DNA of 64,000 nucleotides, taken from the NCBI GenBank assembly GCA_027064425.1, contig JAMOPO010000057.1:96001-160000 (forward strand). The letters are read 5' to 3'. The position numbers and the translations under genes are program-made. The notes beneath the pieces are model-generated. The model was not told where the DNA came from, ran no database searches, and was given only the letters and a program-made list of their open reading frames with translations. This DNA is from Methanobacteriota archaeon. GTDB lineage: Archaea > JAADCQ01 > Methanopyri > Methanopyrales > Methanopyraceae. Of this stretch, positions 8,501 to 18,593 are shown one piece after another. The stretch's first letter is position 1, and every line of letters begins with the position of its first letter.

Positions 8501-9255
8501 CCCTCATCACCCTCCCGGACCTCGATCGCGTCCGCCGGGCAGTTGCGCGCGCACTCCGCGCACCGAATGCACCGATCGTAGTCGATCTCCGCCACGTCCC
8601 CGCGCACTTCCACGGCGTCGACCGGGCAGACCTCCACGCACACCCCGCAGCCGATGCAGGCGCTCTCGTCCAGCCTCACCTCCCGCTCGAACTCGGGAGG
8701 CTCCAGCCGCCTGCGGACTCGGATCGCGTCCACCGGGCAGGCGTGCTCACACGCCCGGCAGCCCACGCACCGGTCCAGGTCGATCTCCAGCGCCTCGAGG
8801 TCGGGCGCATCCACCGGGCAGATTTGAAGGCAGAGACCGCACTTAACGCACCTGGACTCGTCCAGTCGCGCCTCCCTGACCTCGATCTTACGGCGCACCA
8901 CCTCGACCCGCTCCAGCTCGATCTCGACCCTATCGTCCTCTACCCTCGCCTCACCGCGGACCACGCTGAGAGCGTTGACGGGGCAGGACTTCGCGCACAG
9001 GCGGCAGATCACGCAGCTCTCGTGGTCGATCTCCGGCGGCGTGGAGTGGTCGGGCTCCGAGATCGCGTCCACCGGGCACTCCTCGTAGCAGATCTTGCAG
9101 CCCACGCACCGGTCCTCGTCCACGATCACGAACTCCCGCTGCACGGGCCCGACCTCGGAGATGACGCGGCTGACCAGCTCCTCGTCCGCGTCCTCAACCC
9201 GCTCCAGCACCCTTTCAACGAGCTCCTCCACCGGGACGCTCTCACGGACGCTCAC
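8497..9255 (-). CDS. Polyferredoxin, 6 x [4Fe-4S]
   Basis: Six CxxCxxCxxxCP motifs. Confidence 0.9.
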   Translation of the reverse strand: MSVRESVPVEELVERVLERVEDADEELVSRVISEVGPVQREFVIVDEDRCVGCKICYEECPVDAISEPDHSTPPEIDHESCVICRLCAKSCPVNALSVVRGEARVEDDRVEIELERVEVVRRKIEVREARLDESRCVKCGLCLQICPVDAPDLEALEIDLDRCVGCRACEHACPVDAIRVRRRLEPPEFEREVRLDESACIGCGVCVEVCPVDAVEVRGDVAEIDYDRCIRCAECARNCPADAIEVREGDEG

Positions 9256-9686
9256 CCGGCTCCCCCCACGGGCTCAATGGCTCGGGCCGGGCACGTCCTC
9301 ACGCACTCCAGGCACCCCACGCACCGGTCCTCGTTCAGCTCGGGCGCAGCCCCCTTCTCCCCGCGGAGCGCCCCGAAGGGGCAGGAGGAGGAGCAGGCCT
9401 GGCACCCCACGCACCGCTCCTCGACCACCCGAACCCTGACCCGCGGCGCCTCCTCGAGCACCTCGACCCGGATCTCCCCGTCCCGCTCGTACGCGCGACC
9501 GAGGAGCAGGGCGCTGAAGGGGCAGGCCTCCGCGCACAGGCCGCACTTCACGCACCGGTCCTCGTCGATCCGGGCCGCACCCTCCTCCACGGTGATCGCG
9601 TCCACCGGGCACTCCCGCTCGCAGAGCCCGCAGCCCCGGCACAGCTCGGGGATCACCACCACCCGCCTAACCTCGACGCCGGTCAT
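9252..9686 (-). CDS. Polyferredoxin, 4 x [4Fe-4S]
   Basis: Four CxxCxxCxxxCP motifs. Confidence 0.9.
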   Translation of the reverse strand: MTGVEVRRVVVIPELCRGCGLCERECPVDAITVEEGAARIDEDRCVKCGLCAEACPFSALLLGRAYERDGEIRVEVLEEAPRVRVRVVEERCVGCQACSSSCPFGALRGEKGAAPELNEDRCVGCLECVRTCPARAIEPVGGAG

Positions 9687-10806
9687 CTCCGACCCCCACC
9701 TCCAGGATGAGCTCGCGGAGCGCCTCCTCAGCGGCCTTCCTCACCACCCGCCGCGCGACCTCACGCCTCAGCTTCCGGTCCAGCTCGCGCTCCAGCCTGC
9801 GCTTGAGGCGGCGCTCCCGCTCCGTCACCGCGCCGAACTCGCGCTCCGCCCGCGCCAGGAGGCACTCCCGGAGCGTCTGCAGGAAGGCGTTGCTCACCAG
9901 GACGCGCCTCACCTCACGCTCCGCGCGATCCGTGGGCACCGTCTCGATGGCGGAGGTGGGACAGGCCTCGGCGCAGAGCCCGCACCGGACGCAGTCCGTG
10001 GGCGAGATGACCGGCATTCGGGTCGCCTCCTCGAGCTCGACGGCCCCGACCGGGCAGGCCTCGTAGCAGATCCTGCAGCCGATGCACAGGTCGGGCCGGA
10101 TGAAGTAGACCTCCTCCACCCGCCTGGGGCGCGGTCGGTGATCCGGGCGCTTGAGGGCCTCGGTGGGGCAGTAGGCCGCGCAGATGTAGCAGCCGATGCA
10201 GGACTCCGGGTCCGGTTCGTCCCCGGGCACCGGCTCCGCGGCACCGGTGGGGCAGACCTCGCGGCACTTACCGCACTCGACGCACATGTCGCGGTTCAGC
10301 TCGGGCGGGTCCCTGGTCTCGAGCTCCGGCACGTCCAGCTCGACGGTCACCGCGTCGTGCGGGCACGCCTTGACGCACTCGAGGCAGCCCCGGCACGCGT
10401 CGAGGTCGATCACGTGCTCCTCGATGACCCGGCGCATGACGTCGGTTGGGCAAGCGTCCAGGCACGGTCTCTCCTCGCAGTCCTCGCAGGCGTGCAGGTC
10501 CACGCGGATGGAGCGCACCTCGGGCTCGGCGCGAGGGACGCGGACGGGCCGGACGCGGGGCTCGGTGCCGTTGAACTCGAGCTCGTAGTAACGCAGCACG
10601 CGGCGGGGGCAGGCCTGGACGCACAGGGAGCAGCCCACGCACCGGTCCTCGTCGAGCTCCACCCGCTCCCGGACCTCGATGGCATCCACCGGGCAGACCT
10701 CGGCGCACAGCCCGCAGGCGACGCACTCCTCCGACCGCTCGGGACGCGCGAAGTTGATTCGGACGTTCGCGAGCCGGTCCTCAAAGCGGAAGTGAGCCTC
10801 GGCCAC
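9667..10806 (-). CDS. Eha-associated polyferredoxin (EhaQ-like), 8 x [4Fe-4S], with basic coiled-coil C-terminus
   Basis: Eight ferredoxin motifs (one CxxCxxxxCxxxCP variant); lies in the eha operon. Confidence 0.85.
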   Translation of the reverse strand: MAEAHFRFEDRLANVRINFARPERSEECVACGLCAEVCPVDAIEVRERVELDEDRCVGCSLCVQACPRRVLRYYELEFNGTEPRVRPVRVPRAEPEVRSIRVDLHACEDCEERPCLDACPTDVMRRVIEEHVIDLDACRGCLECVKACPHDAVTVELDVPELETRDPPELNRDMCVECGKCREVCPTGAAEPVPGDEPDPESCIGCYICAAYCPTEALKRPDHRPRPRRVEEVYFIRPDLCIGCRICYEACPVGAVELEEATRMPVISPTDCVRCGLCAEACPTSAIETVPTDRAEREVRRVLVSNAFLQTLRECLLARAEREFGAVTERERRLKRRLERELDRKLRREVARRVVRKAAEEALRELILEVGVGDDRRRG

Positions 10807-10810
10807 GGGA

Positions 10811-11398
10811 TCACCCCTTGGCCTCGCGGAGGGCCTCCTTCAGGCGCTCGGCCCAGCGCTCGGAGAGCTCCTCCACGTCCATCGGGATGATCTTGATCGC
10901 GCCGGCGACCGGACACGCCTCGATGCACCGCTCGCAGAGCACGCACCGGTCCGGGTCGACCCGAGCGGTGTCATCGACCTCGATCGCGTCCGAGGGGCAG
11001 ACGTCGCGGCATCGGCCGCACCCCACGCACAGGTCCTCATCGACGACCACCCGGGCGGGCTTGGGCGGGGTGATCCGCTCCTCCACCTCCCGGGTCAGCG
11101 CGCCGACCTCGATCGCCCCTACGGGGCAGACCTCGGCGCACAGCCCGCACCGGATGCACCGCTCGCGGTGGACGACGGGCCCCCGGTCCGTGATCTCGAG
11201 GGCGGGGGGCTGGTCGTCGGACTCGCCGACCGGGCAGGCGTCCGCGCAGGCCCCGCAGTTGACGCACCGGTCGAGGTCGATGATGGGGAAGTCCCGGAAG
11301 CGGCGCGGGCGGTCCCTAATCTTGCGGGGGGAGTGGGCGTCGAGCAGCCGCTTGCCGCCCTTCCGGGTCAGGATGTTGCTCAGGTAGTCCGGGAGCAC
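10811..11398 (-). CDS. ehaP: Eha polyferredoxin (EhaP-like), 4 x [4Fe-4S]
   Basis: RPRRFRDFP then four CxxCxxCxxxCP motifs; GTG start after GAGGTGA SD; directly follows the large subunit. Confidence 0.75.
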   Translation of the reverse strand: MLPDYLSNILTRKGGKRLLDAHSPRKIRDRPRRFRDFPIIDLDRCVNCGACADACPVGESDDQPPALEITDRGPVVHRERCIRCGLCAEVCPVGAIEVGALTREVEERITPPKPARVVVDEDLCVGCGRCRDVCPSDAIEVDDTARVDPDRCVLCERCIEACPVAGAIKIIPMDVEELSERWAERLKEALREAKG

Positions 11399-12606
11399 GC
11401 CCGGATCACCTCCCGCGCGCGTCCCTCGTAGAGAACTTTGCCGCGCCTCTCGTCGACGACCACGAACCGCTCGTTGCAGGCGACGCACGGGTCCAGGCTC
11501 GCGTAGGTGGCGACGGCGTCGGCGATGCTGGGGCACCCTGGGGCGATCGCCTCCAGGACCCGGATGTTGGGGACGGAAGGCGTGCGGATGGTGACGCGCC
11601 GGACGACCCCTCCCGGGGAGATCTCCATGTCGTAGACGAGCTCACCCCGGGGAGCCTCGACCCGGTTGTCCACGTGACCGCCGCGGATCTCCAGCTCGCG
11701 GCGGTGCTCCCCCTCCGGCAGCTCGTCCACGATCCGCTCGATGAGGTCGATGGATTGGAGGCACTCATCGTACCGGAGGAGGATTCGAGCCAGGTTGTCG
11801 CCCCGCCTGCGGGACACGGGCTTGAACCCGAGCTCGGGGTACACGGGTTCCTGGAGCCGCATGTCGGACTCTGGGACGCCGGAGGCGCGGGCCTGGGGCC
11901 CGACGACGCGGTACCTCCGGACGTGCTCCCTCGTGATCACGCCCACGCCGCGCGAGCGGAGCTTGATGAGGGGGTCCGTCTGGGCGATCCGGCGGTACGT
12001 TTTCACGTCCTCCCTCACCTCTTCGAGGGTCTCGAGTACGCGCTCCAGCTGCTCCTCCGTGACGTCGACCCGTACCCCGCCCACGACGTTCCAGCCGGTG
12101 AGGATGCGGTTGCCCGTGATCTCCTCGATGCAGTCGAGGACCCGCTCCCGCGTGTTCATGTTCCACACGAACATCGTCTCGTGCTCGATGGAGTAGAAGT
12201 ACGCCGCGTTGGCGATCAGGTGGGACTGGATGCGGTCCAGCTCCTGCACGAGCACGCGCAGGAACAGGCCCCTAGGGGCGGGCTCGCCCTCCGCCACGCG
12301 CTCGACGCCGCCGACGAAGCACATGTTGTGGGCGTGCGAGCAGATCCCGCAGACGCGCTCCGCCAGGAACGCGGCCTTCTGCCACGGCATCCCCTCCATG
12401 ATCTTCTCGATCCCGCGGTGGCAGTACCCCATCTCCACCTTGCAGTCGACGACCTCCTCCCCGCGCACGGCCAGCTTGATGCGCAGCGGCTCCTTGAGGA
12501 TGGGGTGGTTGGGCCCGATGGGCACCTTGTGCGAGATGGGAACCTCCTCGCCCGTCTCCACGTCCACCACGCGCACGTTGCCCTCGCCCTTACGCCTCCG
12601 CTCCAT
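11380..12606 (-). CDS. ehaO: Energy-converting [NiFe]-hydrogenase A large subunit
   Basis: GPNHP, GYCHRGIEK, ERVCGICSHAH, EAPRGE, DPCVACNER (group 4 motifs). Confidence 0.95.
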   Translation of the reverse strand: MERRRKGEGNVRVVDVETGEEVPISHKVPIGPNHPILKEPLRIKLAVRGEEVVDCKVEMGYCHRGIEKIMEGMPWQKAAFLAERVCGICSHAHNMCFVGGVERVAEGEPAPRGLFLRVLVQELDRIQSHLIANAAYFYSIEHETMFVWNMNTRERVLDCIEEITGNRILTGWNVVGGVRVDVTEEQLERVLETLEEVREDVKTYRRIAQTDPLIKLRSRGVGVITREHVRRYRVVGPQARASGVPESDMRLQEPVYPELGFKPVSRRRGDNLARILLRYDECLQSIDLIERIVDELPEGEHRRELEIRGGHVDNRVEAPRGELVYDMEISPGGVVRRVTIRTPSVPNIRVLEAIAPGCPSIADAVATYASLDPCVACNERFVVVDERRGKVLYEGRAREVIRACSRTT

Positions 12607-13069
12607 CCGCCTCACCCCGGCGGGACTCCCACGAGCGGAAGAGGCGCGGGACGACCTCCACGATGGCGGAGACGATCTCCTCCGGGCGCGGAGGACAGCC
12701 GGGCACCTCCGCGTCCACGGGGATCACCTCCCGGACCGGCCCGCAGACGCGCCCGCCGTTCTGGTTGAAGATCCCGCCGGAGCAGGCGCACGCGCCCACG
12801 GCCACCACGGCCTTGGGCTCGGGCACCTTCCGGTACAGGCGCTTCAGCTTCTCCCTCCACTGATACGTGACGGGCCCCGTGACGATCAGCACGTCGCTTT
12901 TCCTCGGATTGTTGTGGTAGTAAATCCCATACTGCTCCAGGTCGTACCGGTACGTGTAGCAGGCCAGGATCTCGATGTCGCAGCCGTTGCACCCGCCGGT
13001 GTTCACCACCGTGACGTGGATCGAGCGGGAGCGCACGAACCCCTTCAACCGCTCCAGCAGGGACCGCAA
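12590..13069 (-). CDS. ehaN: Energy-converting hydrogenase A small subunit
   Basis: GGCNGCDIE, VGACACSGG, VPGCPPRP. Confidence 0.95.
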   Translation of the reverse strand: MRSLLERLKGFVRSRSIHVTVVNTGGCNGCDIEILACYTYRYDLEQYGIYYHNNPRKSDVLIVTGPVTYQWREKLKRLYRKVPEPKAVVAVGACACSGGIFNQNGGRVCGPVREVIPVDAEVPGCPPRPEEIVSAIVEVVPRLFRSWESRRGEADGAEA

Positions 13070-13507
13070 CTACACGATCCCCCGGTCCCGCAGGGAGAGG
13101 AACGCGCTCAGCAGCTTCTCCCGGTCGAGCTCCACGGGCTCCTTGCCCTCGTGGATCCGCAGCAGCTCCCGCCTCAGCTCCTCCCGGAGCTCGCCCTCGC
13201 TCACGGCATCGATCAGGAGCAGGAGCGTGGCCTCCTCGTCCAGGTTCTCCGCCAGCCGCTCCACCTGCTCCAGCTCGCAGTGCAGGCCGTAGAGGCCCGA
13301 GCAGGACCGGGCCCGGGTGAGAACGGATCGGACCTGATCCTCCTCCACGTCCAGCGCCTCGGCGAGGCGCTTGACGACGTCCCGATCGTAGGCGTAGCTC
13401 TTCAGGATCCACCGCTTCACGCGCAGCACGACCTCCTCGTCCTCGGCGTAGAGCTCCTCCAAATCCCCCTCCGTCAGCCCCTTGCGACGGGTGAGGAGCC
13501 TCAGCAT
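13070..13507 (-). CDS. ehaM: Eha subunit M
   Basis: KRWILKSY...LAEALDV...SCSGLYGLH; position between ehaL and ehaN; ATG after GGAGGTGA. Confidence 0.75.
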   Translation of the reverse strand: MLRLLTRRKGLTEGDLEELYAEDEEVVLRVKRWILKSYAYDRDVVKRLAEALDVEEDQVRSVLTRARSCSGLYGLHCELEQVERLAENLDEEATLLLLIDAVSEGELREELRRELLRIHEGKEPVELDREKLLSAFLSLRDRGIV

Positions 13508-13833
13508 CCGATCACCTCCGCGCCCCGGTGGGCGAGGAGTATCGAGCAGAAGAGGATCAGGCCCAGCGCGGTCTCGATCCTCCCGTAACCGGGGCGCATG
13601 TTCAGCACGTAGCCCGCCAGGAACGCGCCCGCGCACAGGCCCAGCGGTCTCCACTTCAGCCAGGACACGGCGAGGGTCGCCCAGCCGAGCAGGGCGAGCG
13701 GGAGGGCGATGGGGTCGAGGCGGCGCTCTCGGAAGATCTCCCGGTAGACCCGGTAACTGTACTCGAGGCCGACCAGGGAGCCGGCAATGAAGGCGGCCAC
13801 CGCGCCCAGGATGGCGAGCTCCTCCGGGTTCAT
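13501..13833 (-). CDS. ehaL: Eha membrane subunit L
   Basis: FIAGSLVGLEYSY...MRPGYGRIE; hydrophobic. Confidence 0.85.
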   Translation of the reverse strand: MNPEELAILGAVAAFIAGSLVGLEYSYRVYREIFRERRLDPIALPLALLGWATLAVSWLKWRPLGLCAGAFLAGYVLNMRPGYGRIETALGLILFCSILLAHRGAEVIGC

Positions 13834-14069
13834 AGGTGCCCCACCCGCAGCACGTGGAGGCAGGCTAGGAAGATCGCCACCACGGCCAGGACCACGGCGA
13901 CCTCCTCGGCGCGGTGCACCAGCTCGTACGTTCGACCGCAGGTGGCGAGGAGCAGGGTGATCGCGAGGAGGATCAGGGCGCCGACCCGGGCCTGCGCCGA
14001 GTGCTCCGCGGCCGCTATACCGACCATCGCGAGCATCGAGGCGGTGATCGCGAGCAGGTGCGGTCGCAC
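13830..14069 (-). CDS. ehaK: Eha membrane subunit K
   Basis: Small three-TM ORF at the ehaK position; GTG start after GGGGAGG. Confidence 0.6.
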   Translation of the reverse strand: MRPHLLAITASMLAMVGIAAAEHSAQARVGALILLAITLLLATCGRTYELVHRAEEVAVVLAVVAIFLACLHVLRVGHL

Positions 14070-14080
14070 GGTCCTCCCCC

Positions 14081-14929
14081 CTACCGGATCAGCGCGTCCA
14101 GGAACATCAGCGACGCGACGAGCACGTGGATCCCCACGGCCTGGTACGGGGTTAGGATGGGGGTGACCGCGCACAGGACGGCCAGGAGGATCGTGAGCGC
14201 TCCCATGGCGAGCAGGTGGACGGCGGGGTCCGAGATGCCGAGGAAGACCGCCTGGAACACCCAGAGCTCGCAGTAGAACTTCAGGGCCTCGGCCGTGTAC
14301 ATGAGGGAGCGGAGAAAGCCGGGGTACTCCGTTAGGTAGCCCTCCACGATGTCGTAGCCCTTGGAGGGGTCGAGCGGGGAGTAGGGGGAGTCCACCCAGA
14401 CGAGCGTGAAGAACGCCAGGGCGGAGAAGGGCGCGTGCTCGATCAGCGGGCCGTGCGCCCGCTCCCAGGCGAGGATGCCGGCCACGTCGGCGTGCCCGGT
14501 GATGAAGTACGCGGAGATCAGTGAGCAGGCCAGGGCGAGCTCGCCCGCCGGCATGATGGCGTGCCGGACGCCGCCGATCTTCGTGTACGTGGAGCCCGCG
14601 GACACGCCGGCTCCGTGGGACAGGACCTTGTAGGCCGCGTAAAGGGCGAAGAAGGGGAGGAGGTTGCCCCGGAAGACGGCCGAGATCGTGACGGCGGAGG
14701 ACCAGATGATCACGTTGAACACGGGCACGAGCCAGTACAGGAAGCCGGCGGAGGTGATCGGAGCGTACGCCTCTTTCATGAGGAACTTGAGCGTGTGCAG
14801 GAACTCCTGGATGATGGGCGGACCCGGTCGCCGCTGGATGCGGGCGATCACCTTCCGGTGCAGCCCGAGGTACACGCTGCCGACCAGGAACGCCTCCGTG
14901 ACTCCCAGCAGGGTGTCCGCGACGACCAT
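14081..14929 (-). CDS. ehaJ: Eha subunit J (NuoH-like)
   Basis: GLHRKVIARIQRRPGPPIIQEFLHTLKF; multi-TM; GYLTEYPG. Confidence 0.9.
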   Translation of the reverse strand: MVVADTLLGVTEAFLVGSVYLGLHRKVIARIQRRPGPPIIQEFLHTLKFLMKEAYAPITSAGFLYWLVPVFNVIIWSSAVTISAVFRGNLLPFFALYAAYKVLSHGAGVSAGSTYTKIGGVRHAIMPAGELALACSLISAYFITGHADVAGILAWERAHGPLIEHAPFSALAFFTLVWVDSPYSPLDPSKGYDIVEGYLTEYPGFLRSLMYTAEALKFYCELWVFQAVFLGISDPAVHLLAMGALTILLAVLCAVTPILTPYQAVGIHVLVASLMFLDALIR

Positions 14930-14931
14930 CG

Positions 14932-15138
14932 TCAGTACCCCAGGAACGGTGCTCGGTCCGGTTCTCCGCGGGGCGATAGGGCCCAGCCTAGGGCGAGCAG
15001 CATGAGGGCGAGGACGAGGATCGTGAGCGCCGCGAAGGTCCCCTGATGCTCCCTCACCAGTCCGGGATGCCGCCACTCGATCCAGAGGAGGGCGACGTCC
15101 GCGGCGACGGTGGCCAGGAAGGGCAGCCAGCGGCGCAC
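14932..15138 (-). CDS. ehaI: Eha small membrane subunit I
   Basis: 68-aa two-TM ORF between ehaH and ehaJ. Confidence 0.6.
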   Translation of the reverse strand: MRRWLPFLATVAADVALLWIEWRHPGLVREHQGTFAALTILVLALMLLALGWALSPRGEPDRAPFLGY

Positions 15139-15154
15139 TCCCTGCTCGCCCCCG

Positions 15155-15826
15155 CTAGGGCAGGGCGCTGAGGATCTCCAGGTAGCGGGAGAAGGTCAGG
15201 AGCGTGGTCAGGTGTATGACGAAGGCGTAGCGGCCCCAGATCCTGCGAAACGAGTCCACCTTTACCGCGTAGAACGGGCCGACGCCCGCCTCCCCGAGGA
15301 CGCCGGTCGTGAGTAGGATCTTGGCGTACGTTATCGTCCACCCGCCGGCTCCCCTGGGCAGCTTCATCAGCTCGTGCAGGCTGAGCGTGCCGGTGGCCGC
15401 GAGGATCAGGGCGGCACCACCGAAGAGGGGCAGGCTCGCGATCAGGCACATCAGGCCGTAGTTGAAGGCGCACTCGAGGGCGAAGTCGTCCTCGACGGTC
15501 GTCCCGATCAGCCCCATGTTGGACATGCCGAGCAGGGACAGGAACAGGGTGAAGTTGAACACGTCGCCGGTCGTGACGACGCCCACGGCCGCGAGCGTGG
15601 AGACGAGGGCGAGGGCGGCCTTGATGCGGTCCTCTCGGGGCGCGACGATCTTGGCCTCGATCTTCGGCCGCTTGTGGTCGACCTCCACGTAAACGTCCGT
15701 CTTGCTGAGGATCGGGAGGAGCAGGACGGCGACCAAGGTCGCGAGGATGATCGCGTTCACCGTGCTGAGGTATGGCACGATGTCCCCCAGCGGGACGATC
15801 GCGAACACCTTACCGCTCGGGTACAT
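15155..15826 (-). CDS. ehaH: Eha subunit H (antiporter-like)
   Basis: VPLGDIV, TGDVFNFTLF, AFNYG, LAATGTLS, GEAGVGPFY. Confidence 0.85.
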   Translation of the reverse strand: MYPSGKVFAIVPLGDIVPYLSTVNAIILATLVAVLLLPILSKTDVYVEVDHKRPKIEAKIVAPREDRIKAALALVSTLAAVGVVTTGDVFNFTLFLSLLGMSNMGLIGTTVEDDFALECAFNYGLMCLIASLPLFGGAALILAATGTLSLHELMKLPRGAGGWTITYAKILLTTGVLGEAGVGPFYAVKVDSFRRIWGRYAFVIHLTTLLTFSRYLEILSALP

Positions 15827-16487
15827 GCCCCGACCCCGCCCGCACGTCGTAGCCCATCACGTAGCCGAACAGGGACAGCTTCGGCCCCACCTTCACCAGG
15901 ATGCCGCCGGTGCCGGCGAGCAGCAGCGCCAGCAGCCACTCCTTGGGGTACAGGAAGAACAGGCTGAAGCCGAGCACCCACAGGGCCCAGCCGAGCCCGG
16001 AGATGGACTCCATGCCCCGCCACTCCTCGTACCGCGGCCTGTTAACCCTTGAGAAAATGTAGAAGGCCGCCCCGGTACCCGCCACGGCCCCGCCGGTGAA
16101 CCCGGTGAGGAGCACGCCGTACAGCACCAGCCCGATCATGATCGCCTTCGGGGCCGTCCGAAGGATCTCCATGTCCAGCGGGTCGAACCGTGGCAGGGTG
16201 CGCCAGTCCGAGTGGCGGGCGATCAGGACCTCCGCCGTGGCCATGAGCTCCGCCAGCCCGACGACCAGCCCCGGCAGGATGAGGCACTCCGCCAGGTCCG
16301 TGCCCACCGAGGCGAGGAGCGTGAGGGCCCCGATCTCGATGGCGTCCGTCATCGCGAGCCGGTTGAGCGGGTTGCGGTCCGCGAGGATGTCCACGGCGGC
16401 GATCAGGCCCACGGCGATGCCCGCGGCCACGGCCACGTGGTACAGCTTCACCGTGAGCTGCGGGACCGTGGCGGGGACGAGGTGCAA
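15810..16487 (-). CDS. ehaG: Eha membrane subunit G
   Basis: GTDLAECLILPGLVVGLAEL...MEILRTAP...LTGFTGGAVAG. Confidence 0.85.
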   Translation of the reverse strand: MHLVPATVPQLTVKLYHVAVAAGIAVGLIAAVDILADRNPLNRLAMTDAIEIGALTLLASVGTDLAECLILPGLVVGLAELMATAEVLIARHSDWRTLPRFDPLDMEILRTAPKAIMIGLVLYGVLLTGFTGGAVAGTGAAFYIFSRVNRPRYEEWRGMESISGLGWALWVLGFSLFFLYPKEWLLALLLAGTGGILVKVGPKLSLFGYVMGYDVRAGSGHVPER

Positions 16488-16488
16488 G

Positions 16489-16992
16489 TTACTCCCTCCG
16501 CCCCATCTCCCGCTCGGTGACCGTCTTCATTCGAACGACCCACGAGAAGATCACGAACCCGACGAACATGATGGAGGACTCCAGGACCGTGTCCAGACCC
16601 CGCGTGTAGTAGAGGATCTCGTCGAGGATCCCGCCCGGGTGCGAGACGATCGTCGTGCCGCAGTGGCGGGAGTGCCGGGCCAGCCACCGGGTGAACGGGG
16701 TCAGGTACGAGGTCACCCATCCCCGCTTGGGCTCGAACTGCGGGTACTGCGACACCGTGATCCCGGGGCGCTTGAGCGGGACGCCGCCACGGTCGTACGG
16801 CGCCAGCGGGTCCCGCTCCTTCATCTGGACCTGCGGCGCGGGCCGCGGGTAGAGTTGCTTCCTGTGGTAATGGTACCCGTGCGTGAGCCCGTAGACGGCG
16901 ATGCCGGCGAGCAGCAGGCAGTAGGCGGAGACCATGGCCGTCGGCTTGCGTACGGACAGGAGGAGCCGCGAGAATGCCTCACTCGCGCTCAC
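16489..16992 (-). CDS. ehaF: Eha subunit F
   Basis: QLYPRP...LAPYDRGGVPL...GTTIVSHPGGILDEILYYTRGLDTVLES. Confidence 0.88.
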   Translation of the reverse strand: MSASEAFSRLLLSVRKPTAMVSAYCLLLAGIAVYGLTHGYHYHRKQLYPRPAPQVQMKERDPLAPYDRGGVPLKRPGITVSQYPQFEPKRGWVTSYLTPFTRWLARHSRHCGTTIVSHPGGILDEILYYTRGLDTVLESSIMFVGFVIFSWVVRMKTVTEREMGRRE

Positions 16993-17239
16993 CGGCCTCC
17001 ACCCTCAGGATGGCTCTCATGAGGATTGGCGTGGCGAAGGCTCCCACGGCGATGTACGTGAGGAGGGCCAGCAGGTGGTTGAACGCCAGGAAAATGAGGC
17101 AGATCCCGACGGCGGCCACGTCAAGGTTCAGGGCCTTGACGACGGGGTCCGAGCGGGCGGGGCCGATCGCGGCGCCCGCGGTGCCGGCGAGTACCATGAA
17201 CGCGCCCGCGTACAGGAGGGCCTCCGGGTCACTCACCAT
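16979..17239 (-). CDS. ehaE: Eha membrane subunit E
   Basis: GP.RSDPVVKALNLDV...LAFNHLLALLT. Confidence 0.8.
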   Translation of the reverse strand: MVSDPEALLYAGAFMVLAGTAGAAIGPARSDPVVKALNLDVAAVGICLIFLAFNHLLALLTYIAVGAFATPILMRAILRVEAGERE

Positions 17240-17474
17240 GGCTCCTCACCTCCTCGATCCTGATCAGGTAGACGCAGAACATGATCGTGCCGACGGCCTC
17301 CATGGCCGCGCCCGCGGCGGCGACGTCGAGGTAGCCCTCCGCGGCCACCGCGCCGATCATCCCGGACTTGGCCAGGGCGATCCCGGGGAGCTTCTGGATG
17401 GGATCCCGCCTGAGGACGGCGGACACGGTCCCGACCACGCAGGCCGCCAGGGACGCGAGGAGGAGGGCGTTCAA
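17229..17474 (-). CDS. ehaD: Eha membrane subunit D
   Basis: Small TM protein with DPIQK...YLDVA. Confidence 0.75.
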   Translation of the reverse strand: MNALLLASLAACVVGTVSAVLRRDPIQKLPGIALAKSGMIGAVAAEGYLDVAAAGAAMEAVGTIMFCVYLIRIEEVRSHGE

Positions 17475-17737
17475 CCGCCGCGCCCGCCCTCCCGTCTGAT
17501 CTCCTCGACTCTCCTGATCGTGTAGGCCATGGCGTTGGACTCGAGGGTGGAGAAGATGAACGCGCAGAGCGCCGCCAGGAGGCCCATGTCCGTGCGCCAG
17601 GTGGCGGCGATCAGGCCGGCGAGGGCGAACCCGACCACGTTGAGGTAGATCAGCTGCGCGTACACGTCCCGGGCCGCGAGCAGGCGGAGCGACGCCCAGA
17701 CCAGAACGGCCAGCATGACGAGCTCGGCGAGCCTCAC
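17471..17737 (-). CDS. ehaC: Eha membrane subunit C
   Basis: [14 protein letters not shown]...[15 protein letters not shown]. Confidence 0.8.
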   Translation of the reverse strand: MRLAELVMLAVLVWASLRLLAARDVYAQLIYLNVVGFALAGLIAATWRTDMGLLAALCAFIFSTLESNAMAYTIRRVEEIRREGGRGG

Positions 17738-18252
17738 TCCCGGGGCCCCCTACCCAGGCGGCGGGCTATGTCGCCGATGATCCGCGAGGCGGTCGGGTGG
17801 TCGATCCCGTGGATCGTCGTGATGGCCAGGACCATCCCGGCCACGAAGTTGATCGGGTCGAATCCAAGCACGCGGTGGTACACGGTCACGAGGGCCGTGG
17901 CGGCGAGCGCCCCGATCGTGCCGGCGTACCCCGGGTCGGCGCACAGCCGGTTTCCCACGTACACGGTCAGGGCCGCGAGCAGCCCGCCCTGCGGACCCCC
18001 CAGGCACCAGTAGCCGGCGGCGGCCAGCAGCGTGCCGGCGGAGGCGTCCGGAGAGCAGACGATGTTCCCCATGAAGTAGCCGCCGGCGATGTCCCCTCCC
18101 CGGCGCTCGACGGAGCGTCCGATGGCCTCAGCGCCCTTAACTCCGGGAGCCTCGGGCAGTCCCATAAGTATATCTACGACGACGAAGTTCAACCAAGCCA
18201 GCACGGCCCCGGTCGCGATCTCCAGCGCCTGCTCCCAGGTCAGCGTGATCAC
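17734..18252 (-). CDS. ehaB: Eha membrane subunit B
   Basis: [20 protein letters not shown]...[19 protein letters not shown]...[13 protein letters not shown]. Confidence 0.88.
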   Translation of the reverse strand: MITLTWEQALEIATGAVLAWLNFVVVDILMGLPEAPGVKGAEAIGRSVERRGGDIAGGYFMGNIVCSPDASAGTLLAAAGYWCLGGPQGGLLAALTVYVGNRLCADPGYAGTIGALAATALVTVYHRVLGFDPINFVAGMVLAITTIHGIDHPTASRIIGDIARRLGRGPRE

Positions 18253-18539
18253 CCCGCCTCGGGCCGGGGGAACACCCGCTCGATGTTCGCCACGAGCGCT
18301 GCGGAGGCCACTCCCACCACGGCTCCAACGAGCGCCGCGAGCTTAGGCTCCTGCCATCCGAGCGCTCGGCACACCGCCACGGTCCCGCCGGCCCCGATCA
18401 CCGGGGTCGGGAACGCGGCCGAGACCTCCCACGACCTTCTTCTCGGCTTCTCCCGCTGGACCGGCGGCAGCCCGACCGCGAGCGCCACGATGAAGGACAC
18501 GACCGCACCGACCGCGGCCCCGAGCAGCTCTCCCATCAT
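18249..18539 (-). CDS. ehaA: Eha membrane subunit A
   Basis: GLPP...[18 protein letters not shown]; first gene of the operon. Confidence 0.85.
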   Translation of the reverse strand: MMGELLGAAVGAVVSFIVALAVGLPPVQREKPRRRSWEVSAAFPTPVIGAGGTVAVCRALGWQEPKLAALVGAVVGVASAALVANIERVFPRPEAG

Positions 18540-18593
18540 TTTAAGGTTTCCCCTAACCCCGTTTGGGAGATTCCCGAACCGGGGGTTCTCCCC

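Noticed and set aside
8479-10890. 803-aa + strand ORF
   Set aside because: Antisense shadow of the polyferredoxin genes; expected with high GC3 and has no motifs
8497-11398. Recurrent CACCGGGCA / GCACCGGTCCTCGTC DNA motifs as a CRISPR-like array
   Set aside because: They encode repeated CPV/EDRC ferredoxin motifs; spacing is irregular and coding
11380-12606. Selenocysteine in the hydrogenase
   Set aside because: Both CxxC motifs use Cys codons; no in-frame TGA was needed in any gene here
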